DNA from: an uncultured bacterium
GTDB lineage: Bacteria > Hydrogenedentota > Hydrogenedentia > Hydrogenedentales > JAEUWI01
Length of the DNA stretch: 47,863 bases
Reading direction: 5' to 3'
Assembly: GCA_963977445.1 (NCBI GenBank)
Contig: CAXBPH010000011.1
Coordinates: 1 to 47,863, forward strand
Part shown: piece by piece, positions 1-9,180 of the stretch
Layout of the letters: every line of letters begins with the position of its first letter
How positions within the stretch are numbered: position 1 is the first letter of the stretch
The notes under the pieces: model-generated
What the model saw: only the letters and a program-made list of their open reading frames with translations
Database searches by the model: none
Told to the model about the DNA's origin: nothing
Translations under genes and position numbers: made by a program

Positions 1-1126
1 AGCCCATATAATCCTGATAGGCCTCATAGAGTTCCATGGTGGTGAATTCCGGGTTGTGGCGCGTGTCCACCCCTTCATTCCGGAAGCAACGGTTAATTTC
101 GAAGACCTTGTCGAATCCACCCACAATGAGGCGCTTGAGATACAACTCGGGGGCCACGCGGAGATAGAACTCGCGGTCATAGGTGTTGTGGTGCGTCGTG
201 AAGGGCCGTGCCGATGCACCACCGGCAATGGGGTGCAACATGGGTGTTTCCACTTCGAGATAGCCCTGCTTTTCCAGCCACTGGCGCATGAGGGATACCA
301 CCTGGATGCGACGCTTGAACGTATCCAGCACTTCCGGGTTCGCCACCATATCGAGATAGCGCTTGCGGTAGCGGGTTTCCACATCCTTCAGGCCACTATG
401 CTTTTCCACGGCCGGACGGAGGGACTTGGTCAGAATTTCGTAGGACGTGGCGAATACGGTGATCTCGCCGCGACGGGTGCGCTTTACGGCACCTTCCACA
501 CCGACGAAATCGCCGATATCGAGGTCCTTCAGGCTGGCGAAGGCCTCTTCGCCCACCTGATTCAATCCGAGGAAGACCTGGATACGGCCAAACTCGTCGC
601 GGATATCGGCGAAACAGCTCTTGCCCTGGTTGCGGAAAGCCACCAGACGGCCCGCCAGGCGTGCCGACAATTCGGCCGGTGCTTCTTCCGTACCCTCGGG
701 CTCGACGGCCTCAAAGGCGTCACGGGCGGCCCCAATGTTGTGGGAGCGATCAAAGGCAAACTTGAAGGGATTGTCGCCCCGTTCCCGGATGCGGTCCATC
801 TTGTCTACGCGGTGCTGGCGCAGGTCTGCCGCCGTTCCGGTGAGTTCTTCTTCCCCATGGGCGGGGGCACCGGCGGGTGCATCCATTTCCAGCATCTTGC
901 TGATGGTCTTGACAGCCACCTTGACCGTCTTCTTCAGCCCGGGAATGCGGGACTTCTCGGCGATAGCCAGGGCTTCGTCGACGGCGCGGTTTTCCAGGAG
1001 ACGAAATACGTTGCGATCTTCTGCAGAGATTTTTTCGTCATCCGCTTTTTCGATCTGTTCCTTGATGGTGCCAAATAACTTTTCCATCTTCTGAAAGAGG
1101 GGGTGATCCTGATTGTCGTTTCCCAT
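1..1126 (-). CDS. lysS: Lysyl-tRNA synthetase class II, 5' part; runs off the window's left edge
   Basis: Manual translation of the minus strand from ATG 1126 (SD AAGGAG at 1140-1135). It gives an OB-fold region (AGRLVAFRNQGKSCFADIRD...DIGDFVGVEG), ETRYRKRYLDM, EVETPMLHPIAGGASARPFTTHHN and YLRVAPELYLKRLIVGGFDKVFEINRCFRNEGVDTRHNPEFTTMELYEAY. Not in the ORF track because there is no stop codon in the window. Confidence 0.97.
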   Translation of the reverse strand, partial: MGNDNQDHPLFQKMEKLFGTIKEQIEKADDEKISAEDRNVFRLLENRAVDEALAIAEKSRIPGLKKTVKVAVKTISKMLEMDAPAGAPAHGEEELTGTAADLRQHRVDKMDRIRERGDNPFKFAFDRSHNIGAARDAFEAVEPEGTEEAPAELSARLAGRLVAFRNQGKSCFADIRDEFGRIQVFLGLNQVGEEAFASLKDLDIGDFVGVEGAVKRTRRGEITVFATSYEILTKSLRPAVEKHSGLKDVETRYRKRYLDMVANPEVLDTFKRRIQVVSLMRQWLEKQGYLEVETPMLHPIAGGASARPFTTHHNTYDREFYLRVAPELYLKRLIVGGFDKVFEINRCFRNEGVDTRHNPEFTTMELYEAYQDYMG

Positions 1127-1201
1127 GTGGGGCTCTCCTTGTGCGGCAGGACGTCGATGCCCTGCCAATAGATCCTGAGGTCTTCGTACGAATCGTTACC
1201 T

Positions 1202-2314
1202 TCAGGATTTCGATCTATTCTCCAGATTCCATTTCAGATAGGCCGTCATGAATTGGGCCAGGTCGCCATCGAGTATTTTGGTCACATTACCCGACTCGAA
1301 ATTCGTGCGGTGATCTTTGATCATCTGATAGGGGTGGAGTACGTAGCTCCGAATCTGACTGCCCCAGGCAACGTCCTGATGGCCATCGCGCTGTGCATCC
1401 AATTCGGCGTCAATTTTCTTCTGCTCTATATCATACAACTTTGCCCGCAACATCTGGAGGGCCACATCGCGGTTCCGGTGCTGGGACCGTTCAATCTGGC
1501 AGGCCACCACCAGGCCCGTGGGCAGGTGGGTCAGTCGCACGGCCGAACTGGTCTTATTAACTTTCTGTCCGCCGGCACCGCTGGAACGATACACATCCAT
1601 CTTGAGATCGTCTTCCCGGATCTCGATTTCGATGGTGTCGTCCACTTCCGTCAGGACTTCCACGGCAGAAAAGGACGTATGACGGCGGGCCGCTGAATCG
1701 TAGGGCGAAATGCGCACCAGACGATGTACACCGGCCTCGGACTTGAAGGTGCCATATGCATTCACCCCGGTTATGCGCAGGGTGGCGCTCTTCAGTCCCG
1801 CTTCATCACCGGCCTGGTATTCCAGGATCTCGACGTTGAAATCGTTCTTTTCACTGAAACGCAGCAACATGCGGAGGAGCATTTCCGCCCAATCGCAGGA
1901 CTCCGTGCCACCGGCACCGGGATGGACGCTCAGGATGACGGGCTTGGAGTCTCGGGGGTCCATGAACAGACTGCTCAATTCCAGTTTGCCCAGTCGGCCC
2001 TGAACGGCTTCCAGCTCCGCGACGATCTCCCCTTCCTGGGAATCATCTTTTTCCTCGGAGGCCATTTCGATGAGAACTTCCAGATCATCCAGCGCACTGT
2101 TAATTTCTTCGGGGGCGGTCACGATGCCCTTGAGGGATTTGAGGTCCTGGACCACTTCCTGGGCGCGTGTGGCATTGTCCCAGAAGCCGGGTGCCGTCAT
2201 CTCTGCCTCCAGGGCACCAATTTTTATCTTGGTGTCTTCCACATTGAGGCAGGCGCGTAATTCAGCCAACTTTTTTTTGTCGGCTTTCACCAACGCCAAT
2301 TGCTCTTCATACAT
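1202..2314 (-). CDS. prfB: Peptide chain release factor 2, single uninterrupted ORF
   Basis: GAGGTESCDWA, GVHRLVRISPYD, GAGGQKVNKTSSAVR and WGSQIRSYVLHPY motifs; lies directly upstream of lysS. Confidence 0.97.
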   Translation of the reverse strand: MYEEQLALVKADKKKLAELRACLNVEDTKIKIGALEAEMTAPGFWDNATRAQEVVQDLKSLKGIVTAPEEINSALDDLEVLIEMASEEKDDSQEGEIVAELEAVQGRLGKLELSSLFMDPRDSKPVILSVHPGAGGTESCDWAEMLLRMLLRFSEKNDFNVEILEYQAGDEAGLKSATLRITGVNAYGTFKSEAGVHRLVRISPYDSAARRHTSFSAVEVLTEVDDTIEIEIREDDLKMDVYRSSGAGGQKVNKTSSAVRLTHLPTGLVVACQIERSQHRNRDVALQMLRAKLYDIEQKKIDAELDAQRDGHQDVAWGSQIRSYVLHPYQMIKDHRTNFESGNVTKILDGDLAQFMTAYLKWNLENRSKS

Positions 2315-2328
2315 GATTCAAAAAACCT

Positions 2329-3171
2329 TTATACCGAAGCCGGCAGCCACGCCAGCACGTAATATAACATTGGGCCGGTGAGCAAATAGCCATCACACCG
2401 GTCGAGAACACCACCATGGCCCGGGAACAGATCTCCCGAATCTTTTACGTCGGCGTCGCGCTTGATCATGGATTCCACCAGATCGCCTACCTGCCCCGTA
2501 ATCGCCAGGGCACCGCCGACGAGGGCATATTGCCAGAGGGCCCAACCCGGAAGATGGACGCCCGCTACGTTGTGGTCGAGATACCAGGCGATGGTAACAC
2601 CGATGAGGGCGGCTGCCACGCCGCCGATAGAACCTTCCCAGGTTTTGTTGGGGCTGATAGTGGGGGATAGCTTACGCCGCCCGATGGACTTGCCGACGAA
2701 ATAGGCACCGGAATCCGATAGGGCGATGACAACGACAAGTAACGTGACCAAACCTGGACCGAAATTCTGCCCGCGGGTGTGGAGCAACACGAAGTGTGCC
2801 GGAAACCAGCCCACGTAGACTAAGCCCCAGAGCGACACGGAGAGGGCCGTAAGGGAGACCTGGCTACGAAGTACCTGGGCCCACGCCACAACGACGACAC
2901 CGAGTACCAGGGCGGCGTTCATGTAGAAAGGAGACCACCAGGCGACAACCGCCATAAGCAGACCAAAAAACATGGGGATCCGGGGGCGCACATCAATGCC
3001 TTTGGCGACGGCCATGGCAAAGAATTCACGGAGGCCCAGTACGGAGAGTGCGGCAATAAGGCCCACGAAGGCCAGATCCAGCCGAGGTACCCAGATAAGG
3101 GCCAGAACGACCGGCAACATGACGAGGGCCGTGAGAAGACGGACCAGCGTCGCACCTTGATTCGAACGCAT
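2329..3171 (-). CDS. cdsA: Phosphatidate cytidylyltransferase
   Basis: Multi-TM protein with SPNKTWEG and KRDADVKDSGDLFPGHGGVLDRCD; follows uppS. Confidence 0.95.
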   Translation of the reverse strand: MRSNQGATLVRLLTALVMLPVVLALIWVPRLDLAFVGLIAALSVLGLREFFAMAVAKGIDVRPRIPMFFGLLMAVVAWWSPFYMNAALVLGVVVVAWAQVLRSQVSLTALSVSLWGLVYVGWFPAHFVLLHTRGQNFGPGLVTLLVVVIALSDSGAYFVGKSIGRRKLSPTISPNKTWEGSIGGVAAALIGVTIAWYLDHNVAGVHLPGWALWQYALVGGALAITGQVGDLVESMIKRDADVKDSGDLFPGHGGVLDRCDGYLLTGPMLYYVLAWLPASV

Positions 3172-3929
3172 CAGGGGCGCCCTCCAAAACGTCGGTTGCG
3201 CTGCTGATAACTCACGATGGCATCACACAGGCACTTGGAATCGAAATCAGGCCACAAGGTTTCCGGCACGAGGATCTCCGCATAGGAAACCTGCCAGAGC
3301 ATAAAATTGCTTACCCGAAGCTCGCCACTGGTCCGAATGAGTAAATCCACTTCGTCCAATTCGGGTTGATAGAGATAGCTGGCAAAGCGGTCTTCGTCGA
3401 TATCTCCGGGGGAGAGGGTGCCCGCCTTCACATCGGCGACTATCCGTTGTGTAGCATCCACAATTTCCGCGCGCCCCCCATAATTGATAGCGATATTGAC
3501 GGTCAGGGCCGTGTTGTTGGAGGTGCGGGCCAGACAGGTGTCCATATCGGCCAGGGCTTTGCGCGGAAGTCCTTCGCGGCGACCCATGAAGCAAATACGG
3601 ATATTGTTGCTATCCATTTCGTCGATTTCGCGCTGGATATACTTGCTGAGCAAGCGAAACAGGGCGTTGACTTCAAACTTGGAACGTCGCCAGTTTTCGG
3701 TGGAAAAGGCATAGAGACTGAGGGCCTGGACCCCGAGTTTGCGACAGGTTTCAATGGCCGCTCGCACGCTTGCCGCCCCGGCCTCGTGCCCCTGCACATG
3801 ATTGAGTCCCCGTTCTTTGGCCCAGCGTCCATTACCATCCATGATGATGGCGATATGACGGGGCAGGCGGGCAGGATCGATGCGGCTGTCCAAAGGTTCA
3901 CCGTGCGTTGATATAGAAGCTCTCTTCAA
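3171..3929 (-). CDS. uppS: Undecaprenyl diphosphate synthase (cis-isoprenyl transferase)
   Basis: HIAIIMDGNGRW, YAFSTENWRR, DLLIRTSGELRVSNFMLWQ, RRFGG. Confidence 0.96.
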   Translation of the reverse strand: MKRASISTHGEPLDSRIDPARLPRHIAIIMDGNGRWAKERGLNHVQGHEAGAASVRAAIETCRKLGVQALSLYAFSTENWRRSKFEVNALFRLLSKYIQREIDEMDSNNIRICFMGRREGLPRKALADMDTCLARTSNNTALTVNIAINYGGRAEIVDATQRIVADVKAGTLSPGDIDEDRFASYLYQPELDEVDLLIRTSGELRVSNFMLWQVSYAEILVPETLWPDFDSKCLCDAIVSYQQRNRRFGGRP

Positions 3930-3980
3930 CGTGTTTCATCACCCGATTGGCGTCGATAGAATTTCAGTGCAATGTCAGAC

Positions 3981-4029
3981 AAATAAAAACTGCCGCGGAT
4001 ACACGAATGAACGGTGTATCCGCGGCAGT
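3981..4029 (-). terminator. Rho-independent terminator after frr
   Basis: Perfect 16-bp stem ACTGCCGCGGATACAC/GTGTATCCGCGGCAGT with a 9-nt loop, followed on the minus strand by a T-rich tract (TTTTATTT). Confidence 0.8.
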
Positions 4030-4064
4030 GCGATAAATTCACTTTTTCGCAGGCACACCCATGC

Positions 4065-4622
4065 CTACACCTCCATGATATCCGCTTCCTTGGTCTTGAA
4101 GGTCGCGTCAATCTTATCGGTGTGGATGTCTGTCAATTTCTGAATCGACTCCGTAAGGCGGTGGGCGTCATCTTCGGGGATATCCCCGTCTTTCTGCAAC
4201 TTTTTGATTTCATCAATGGCATGTCGGCGGACGCTTCGGCAGGCGATTTTCGCCTCTTCCACAAATTTTCCCGCCAACTTGACCAGATCTTTACGACGTT
4301 CCTCATTCAGCGAAGGAATGGGAATACGAATTACCTGGCCGTCGTTGGATGGCATGAGGTTCAGGGAGGAGGACATAATGGCCTTCTCGACCACCGACAT
4401 CTGGCTCTTATCCCAAAGATCAATGACGATGAGATGGGAGTCGGGAACCGAAACGGTGCCCAACTGATTGATTTTCATCTTGGAGCCGTAGACTTCGACG
4501 TCGATAACATCCAGGATACCGGCATTTGCCCGACCTGTGCGGATATTACTCATCTCGGTTTGAAACGAGATAACGCTTTTGTCCATTTTTTCGGTGGCTT
4601 CGTCAACAACCTGATGCGACAC
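4065..4622 (-). CDS. frr: Ribosome recycling factor
   Basis: 185 aa; IRTGRAN, NDGQVIRIPIPSLNEERRKDLVK; follows pyrH. Confidence 0.97.
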   Translation of the reverse strand: MSHQVVDEATEKMDKSVISFQTEMSNIRTGRANAGILDVIDVEVYGSKMKINQLGTVSVPDSHLIVIDLWDKSQMSVVEKAIMSSSLNLMPSNDGQVIRIPIPSLNEERRKDLVKLAGKFVEEAKIACRSVRRHAIDEIKKLQKDGDIPEDDAHRLTESIQKLTDIHTDKIDATFKTKEADIMEV

Positions 4623-4624
4623 GA

Positions 4625-5347
4625 CTATTCTCCTTTAACCAGGGTGCCAATGGTCTCGCCCTGCAAAACTTTGACAAGATTTCCGGGCCGGGTCAAGTCG
4701 AATACCAGAATAGGCAACTTGTTTTCCCGGCAAAGGGAAATAGCAGTAGCATCCATGACACGTAGTTTATCGGTCAAGACGGTGGTGTAATCCAACGTAT
4801 CGTATTTCTTCGCATTCGGATTCTTCATGGGGTCGGCGTCATAAATGCCATCTACTTTGGTGGCTTTCATGACCAACTCGGCACCAATTTCATTGGCGCG
4901 CAAGGCGGCCGCCGTATCGGTGGTGAAAAAGGGATTTCCTGTTCCCGCACCGAAGATAACCACCCGTCCCTTTTCCAGGTGACGGGTCGCACGACGACGA
5001 ATGTAGGGCTCGGCAATGGGGCGCATCTCGATGGCCGTCATCACGCGGGTCCGCACATCACGCTGCTCCAGGGAGGCTTGGATGGCCAGGGCGTTAATTA
5101 CCGTAGCCAACATACCCATATAGTCACCGGTCGGTTGATCCAGACCGGTTTCCACGCCTTGAACACCGCGAAAGATGTTGCCACCACCCACGACAAGACC
5201 AATTTCAACGCCCATTTGGACGACTTCTTTGATCTCATCGCAGAACGCGCCAAGGGTCGGAAAGTCGATCCCACTGTGACCAGAGGGACCTTCAAGAGCT
5301 TCCCCGCTCAGCTTCAGTAAGATGCGCTTATATACAGGTGCCGTCAC
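4625..5347 (-). CDS. pyrH: UMP kinase
   Basis: [38 protein letters not shown]. Confidence 0.98.
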   Translation of the reverse strand: MTAPVYKRILLKLSGEALEGPSGHSGIDFPTLGAFCDEIKEVVQMGVEIGLVVGGGNIFRGVQGVETGLDQPTGDYMGMLATVINALAIQASLEQRDVRTRVMTAIEMRPIAEPYIRRRATRHLEKGRVVIFGAGTGNPFFTTDTAAALRANEIGAELVMKATKVDGIYDADPMKNPNAKKYDTLDYTTVLTDKLRVMDATAISLCRENKLPILVFDLTRPGNLVKVLQGETIGTLVKGE

Positions 5348-5354
5348 GAGGACC

Positions 5355-6014
5355 TTACCCTTCTGATTTCTTCAATTCGGCAGCAACTTCTTCTGCAAAA
5401 TTGGTAACGACTTTCTCAATGCCTTCGCCCAACTGATAGCGGGTGAAACGACGAATCGTAATTTTCTCGCCAATTTTTCCGCTGAGTTCGGTTGTCAATT
5501 GTTCGATGGTCTTGTCGGGGTCTTTTACGAATCCTTGATCAAGGAGACATACTTCAGAGAACCACTTCTTCAGCTTGCCATCGGCGATTTTCTCGCAGAT
5601 TTCCTGGGGCTTGCCGGTGTCGGCAGCCTGCTTCACATAAAGATCTTTTTCCGCTGCAACGACGGCAGGGTCAAGTTCTTCATGGGAAACGGCCAGGGGG
5701 GCCGTGGAGCAAATCTGGAGGCAGATGTCTTTGCACAGATTCTGGAACTCTTCGCCACGGGCAACGAAATCGGTTTCGCAGTTGATCTCGGCGAGAACGC
5801 CAACCTTACCACCCATATGAATATATGAGTGGACGGCACCTTCAGAGGCAACCTTGTCACCGCGCTTCGCCGCTTTGGCGATACCACGTTCACGCAACCA
5901 GATAATGGCTTTGTCCATGTTGCCGTCGCTCTCGGTGAGCGCTTTTTTACAATCCATCATTCCTGCGCCAGTAGACTCGCGTAGGGATTTTACATCGCTA
6001 GCTGATATAGCCAT
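5355..6014 (-). CDS. tsf: Elongation factor Ts, short 219-aa form
   Basis: [26 protein letters not shown]. Confidence 0.97.
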   Translation of the reverse strand: MAISASDVKSLRESTGAGMMDCKKALTESDGNMDKAIIWLRERGIAKAAKRGDKVASEGAVHSYIHMGGKVGVLAEINCETDFVARGEEFQNLCKDICLQICSTAPLAVSHEELDPAVVAAEKDLYVKQAADTGKPQEICEKIADGKLKKWFSEVCLLDQGFVKDPDKTIEQLTTELSGKIGEKITIRRFTRYQLGEGIEKVVTNFAEEVAAELKKSEG

Positions 6015-6056
6015 GGGTATACTACTCCTAAATTAATTTTCTGAAATCGTGGTGAA

Positions 6057-6893
6057 TTACTCGGCGGGTTCTACTGCAGGCGCTTCGGCAGGTGCTTCGG
6101 CAGCGACAGCAGGTGCTTCGACAGCGACAGCAACTTCTTCGCCGGCGTCATCTGCGTCCGATTTGGCCTTAGCGGCCTTCTTGTCGGATTCATCCGCACG
6201 AATCTTTTCAGCGCGCATCTTGCCTTCCAATACGGCGTCGGCGATTACCTTGCAAAAGAGGTCAATTGCGCGGATCGCGTCGTCATTACCGGGAATGGCA
6301 AGATCGACGGCATCGGGATCACAGTTGGTGTCGACAATACCGATGCTGGGGATGCCAAGACGCTTCGCTTCACGAACTGCGATGTGTTCGCGCTTGGCGT
6401 CAGCGATAAATACGACACTGGGAAGTCCGGGCATCTTCTGGATGCCGAGCAAGTTCTTTTCGAGCTTCGCACGACGCTTCCGGAACACAACGCCTTCTTT
6501 TTTGCTGTAGCGTTCGATTTTGCCCGTGGTTTCCAGTTCCTGGAGATTGTTCAGCTCCTGGATGCTGCCGCGAACGGTCTGGAAGTTGGTCAACGTGCCG
6601 CCGAGCCAGCGATTGTGAACATAATACTGTCCGCAACGGTTGGCCTGCTGGGCGATGGGTTCCTGTGCCTGCTTCTTGGTGCCTACGAAAAGAACGCTGC
6701 CGCCATTGGCAACCGTCTCGCGGACCAGCGCATAGGCTTTATATACCTGGCGCAGGGTAATCTGGAGGTCGATAATGTAGATGCCGTTACGCTGTCCGAA
6801 GATATAGGGTTTCATCTTGGGGTGCCAGCGACGGGTCTGGTGACCGAAGTGGATGCCAGCTTCAAGGAGCTCGCGCATAGAAACGATAGCCAT
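6057..6893 (-). CDS. rpsB: 30S ribosomal protein S2 with an Ala/Glu/Pro-rich C-terminal tail
   Basis: [37 protein letters not shown]. Confidence 0.98.
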   Translation of the reverse strand: MAIVSMRELLEAGIHFGHQTRRWHPKMKPYIFGQRNGIYIIDLQITLRQVYKAYALVRETVANGGSVLFVGTKKQAQEPIAQQANRCGQYYVHNRWLGGTLTNFQTVRGSIQELNNLQELETTGKIERYSKKEGVVFRKRRAKLEKNLLGIQKMPGLPSVVFIADAKREHIAVREAKRLGIPSIGIVDTNCDPDAVDLAIPGNDDAIRAIDLFCKVIADAVLEGKMRAEKIRADESDKKAAKAKSDADDAGEEVAVAVEAPAVAAEAPAEAPAVEPAE

Positions 6894-6907
6894 TCTTTAT
6901 TCTCCGT

Positions 6908-6997
6908 TCGGGTTGGTTCCTTGAGTCCCCTCATGCAGCCTGAATCGATGTCGATCAGACACCCGAATTACGCACGAATTCAGGGGACTCTGTGAAG
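6908..6997 (-). promoter_or_regulatory. rpsB 5' leader RNA (S2 autoregulatory element, t44-like)
   Basis: 9-bp stem GAGTCCCCT (6923-6931)/AGGGGACTC (6982-6990) enclosing CGGGTG, with a downstream complementary AACCCG. This is the layout of known rpsB leaders, directly upstream of rpsB. Confidence 0.7.
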
Positions 6998-7010
6998 TTA
7001 AAATCGCGGA

Positions 7011-7040
7011 AGGATAGCATAGGAAGGGCCGGTGTGACAA
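7011..7040 (-). promoter_or_regulatory. Sigma70-type promoter of the rpsB-tsf operon
   Basis: Minus strand TTGTCA-N18-TATCCT with an extended -10 TG, just upstream of the leader. Confidence 0.65.
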
Positions 7041-7266
7041 CTTTTTTGCCCCATATCCCGGATATCAAGGGCGTCGAATCACCCAGGATGTAAGATTTTA
7101 CGATGGATTCGCACGGATTTACGGGTGGCTCCGGTTTGGGACGGTTGCTTTGCGGCAGGTGGAGCGCATGATAAAGTAGCCGAAGGTCGTCATCCTCGTG
7201 GGCGGGCTGTCGATTTAGTGTGCGGGGTACGAATAAGGCCTACCCACCTGTATTTAGCACCCGCAA

Positions 7267-7620
7267 CGTCATTCTCGCGCAGGGGGGGCTTCCAAAAATA
7301 ACGTGAGTAGTTAAGGCGACCGTATTGGATTGAAGCGTACGGTGGGGTGCCACGGACAAGCCCGCCAGGGTTTGCCCGTGCTGGGACGGGAAGGCTACCC
7401 AACCTCGCTAGTGAATTAAATGGTGGCTTGCGTATTGAATAAAGGATTCATATGCAATGCTCCGTTCACCAAAATGAGCACGGGCAAGCCCTGAGGGCTT
7501 GTCCGTGGCACCCAATAATTCCCGATATGTCAACGGGTACGCCGGCAATGACAACGTCTTGTGAATTGCCTTGTTGAAAGTTGCCGCCCTTTTTGGAAGA
7601 CCCCCTTCGCGGAGATGACG
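7267..7620. repeat. Outer inverted pair of degenerate GTCATT-type palindromic repeats (7267-7298 and 7590-7620)
   Basis: CGTCATTCTCGCGCAGGGGGGGCTTCCAAAAA versus TTTTTGGAAGACCCCCTTCGCGGAGATGACG, a near reverse complement; resembles the GTCATTCCCGCGnAGGCGGGAATCCA repeat class. Confidence 0.65.
7345..7513. repeat. REP doublet (REPIN-like), variant of the RAYT-associated REP: 7345-7380 and inverted 7479-7513, 98-bp spacer
   Basis: GGGTGCCACGGACAAGCCCGCCAGGGTTTGCCCGTG and CACGGGCAAGCCCTGAGGGCTTGTCCGTGGCACCC; each is a hairpin closely similar to the REPs at 31574-32722. Confidence 0.88.
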
Positions 7621-7973
7621 GCAACGTGCTTTCATTCCGTGCGTTAGGTGCCGTTGAGTAAATCTACAGCCCCGCGGTCGGGCATAGAGTTGCGGGCATA
7701 CCATTATTTATATCGGTCTATCGATAGCGCCCGTATTTGGGGGATAAATTTGATTCCTGCGGTGTATTCTGGCAAAGTATAGCCGTTCAACCCGCCGTGA
7801 CTGGCGAGCTCGGACGTGGATTCAACCACGGTGGAGCGGCGGGGCTATTTTATAATGCAGCATGCCGTTCGCCTGGGCGCTCTAAGCTTTTTGGTATCAA
7901 CTATTTATAACACCAACAGGCTTCGCGTCGCTTGTTTTAGATACAGGCGATTGCGCCGCCCGGAGGCTCCGCA

Positions 7974-9050
7974 ATGCGGCAGACCCCACTACGAAGCGCC
8001 TACGACGCCCAGGGTGCCAAAGTCGTCGATTTCCACGGCTGGGCCCTTCCTGTCCAGTTCGCCGGAATAATTCAGGAACATCAGCACGCCCGCGCGAAGG
8101 CCGGACTCTTCGATTGCTCCCACATGGGCGAGTTCCTGCTCCGTGGCCCCGAAGCGGCGCAAGCCCTCGATCGACTGGTTTTCAGTGACATGCTCAGTCT
8201 GCGGATTGGTTTGTGCCGATACAGTGCCATTCTCAATGATCAGGGTGGCATTATCGATGATTGTGTGGCCCTCCGACTTTCCGATGACTTGCTCTACCTG
8301 GTGACCAACGCTGGCCCCCTTGATGAGGTTGATTCCTTGCTCGCGGGAACGCCCGGTGTTGAGAATATCAGTGATGCTACCGCCAAAATCGACCTGCAAG
8401 GCCCCCTGGCACGGGATATCATGCTCGCTTCCGGCTTTGAATCGGTGCGGGATATGAAATACTGGAACGGTGCCCAGGTAAACTGGGAAGGCCACGAAAT
8501 CGTGGTTACCCGCGCGGGTTATACCGGCGAAGTCGGTTATGAAATTTTTGTTCCCAATGCTGCGGCGATACCCTTATGGGAGCGCCTCGTGGCCCATGAA
8601 GACGTGGCCCCCTGTGGACTCGGTGCCCGGGATACACTCCGCACCGAGGTCGGTTATCCCCTCAACGGGGAAGATCTCGGCCCAAACAAGACACCCCTCG
8701 AATCAGGAATGGCCCATCTTATCAAGTGGGACAAGGAATTTGTGGGCAAATCGGCCCTTGAGGCGCAGCGCGATCGGGGAGACTACACCGTGTTGGTGGC
8801 CATTCAATCCCCCGACCGACGTGCACCCCGCCATGGGTTTGAAATCAAACACGATGGTGAAGTGGTTGGCCACGTGACCAGTGGCACCTTCGGTCCGAGC
8901 GTTGGTTGCGGTGTTGGCTTGGCCGACCTGCCCCAGGCCCTGTCGGAGCCGGGAATTGCCCTGACGGCCGGGCCTCGTGATATGGCGATTTCAACCGCCC
9001 CATTGCCCATCTATGCAAACGGCACCTGCCGGATGAAGTTTGACGCGTAA
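7974..9050 (+). CDS. gcvT: Glycine cleavage system aminomethyltransferase T
   Basis: GLFDCSHMGE, RAGYTGEVGYE, GLGARDTLRTEVG; SD GGAGG. Confidence 0.95.
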   Translation: MRQTPLRSAYDAQGAKVVDFHGWALPVQFAGIIQEHQHARAKAGLFDCSHMGEFLLRGPEAAQALDRLVFSDMLSLRIGLCRYSAILNDQGGIIDDCVALRLSDDLLYLVTNAGPLDEVDSLLAGTPGVENISDATAKIDLQGPLARDIMLASGFESVRDMKYWNGAQVNWEGHEIVVTRAGYTGEVGYEIFVPNAAAIPLWERLVAHEDVAPCGLGARDTLRTEVGYPLNGEDLGPNKTPLESGMAHLIKWDKEFVGKSALEAQRDRGDYTVLVAIQSPDRRAPRHGFEIKHDGEVVGHVTSGTFGPSVGCGVGLADLPQALSEPGIALTAGPRDMAISTAPLPIYANGTCRMKFDA

Positions 9051-9180
9051 GTACACCGTGGCGGGTGACTGTACCCGTAACGCGGTATCCATGATGAATA
9101 TACGTACCAGGGAAGTCCAGCCCCGACCCGGGCCGAAGGTAGCACAACCCAATCAGGTGAATAGTGGAGGATAGCAGTTG

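Noticed and set aside
56..1078. 340-aa plus-strand ORF
   Set aside because: Antisense shadow of lysS, which has all the family motifs on the minus strand
6060..6135. GCAGGTGCTTCG-like tandem repeats
   Set aside because: They simply encode the low-complexity EAPA tail common in S2 proteins
7190..7704. Short ORFs in the rpsB-gcvT gap
   Set aside because: They run across palindromic repeats, with no SD or protein-like features
7740..7973. Glycine riboswitch upstream of gcvT
   Set aside because: The hallmark GGAGA...CCGAAG...CTCAGG aptamer motifs are absent
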